DNA of 64,000 bases from Eledone cirrhosa. Lineage: Eukaryota. A program made the translations under genes and the position numbers. The stretch spans positions 19,902,001 to 19,966,000 of the forward strand of contig OZ024764.1 of assembly GCA_964016885.1 (NCBI GenBank). Direction: 5' to 3'. Positions 63,902 to 64,000 of the stretch are shown piece by piece (the first letter of the stretch is position 1; the number at the start of each line of letters is the position of its first letter). Below the pieces are notes generated by a model. The model ran no database searches and was not told the origin of the DNA. It saw only the letters and a program-made list of their open reading frames with translations.

Positions 63902-64000
63902 CTAAGGTGTTGAAATAACCAGGTACCCTCACGGGTATCACCTGACACCTCAGTAAGGTGAGGCTAAGGTGCTGAGATAACCAGGTACCCTTACGGATAT
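63902..64000 (+). repeat. Start of a 62-bp tandem repeat with internal hairpins (truncated by the window end)
   Basis: CTAAGGTGTTGAAATAACCAGGTACCCTCACGGGTAT at 63902 and CTAAGGTGCTGAGATAACCAGGTACCCTTACGGATAT at 63964. Only ~1.6 copies are visible. Confidence 0.7.

Overview
This window looks like eukaryotic heterochromatin, not a gene-bearing or prokaryotic locus, and I find no credible protein-coding gene, RNA gene or CRISPR array. The supplied ORFs are chance read-throughs of repeats and are useful only as period markers. The layout is: (1) AT-rich, TTCGAA/A-tract-rich satellite A with variable ~260-470 bp monomers (1-7483 and 14117-~36080). (2) A 6.6 kb strand-asymmetric, telomere-like composite repeat (~32 bp, GC-CTTAGA-CTTAGA-CTTAAA-CCCCAA-CCCCAA) spliced into satellite A through short microhomologies. 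(3) A related satellite B (~750-860 bp monomers) built largely from palindromes: a 76-bp spacer-less palindrome and a ~465-bp fold-back per monomer. It runs on the minus strand for six monomers, flips orientation inside its own fold-back arm at ~40.8 kb, then forms a near-perfect 3271-bp 4-mer higher-order repeat. (4) A 1337-bp non-autonomous Helitron (TC...hairpin...CTAG, A|T target, no TSD) at 41179-42515. (5) A short non-satellite stretch and the start of a 62-bp hairpin-rich repeat at the right edge. The host organism cannot be determined from the sequence alone, and whether these repeat families are already catalogued needs a database search.
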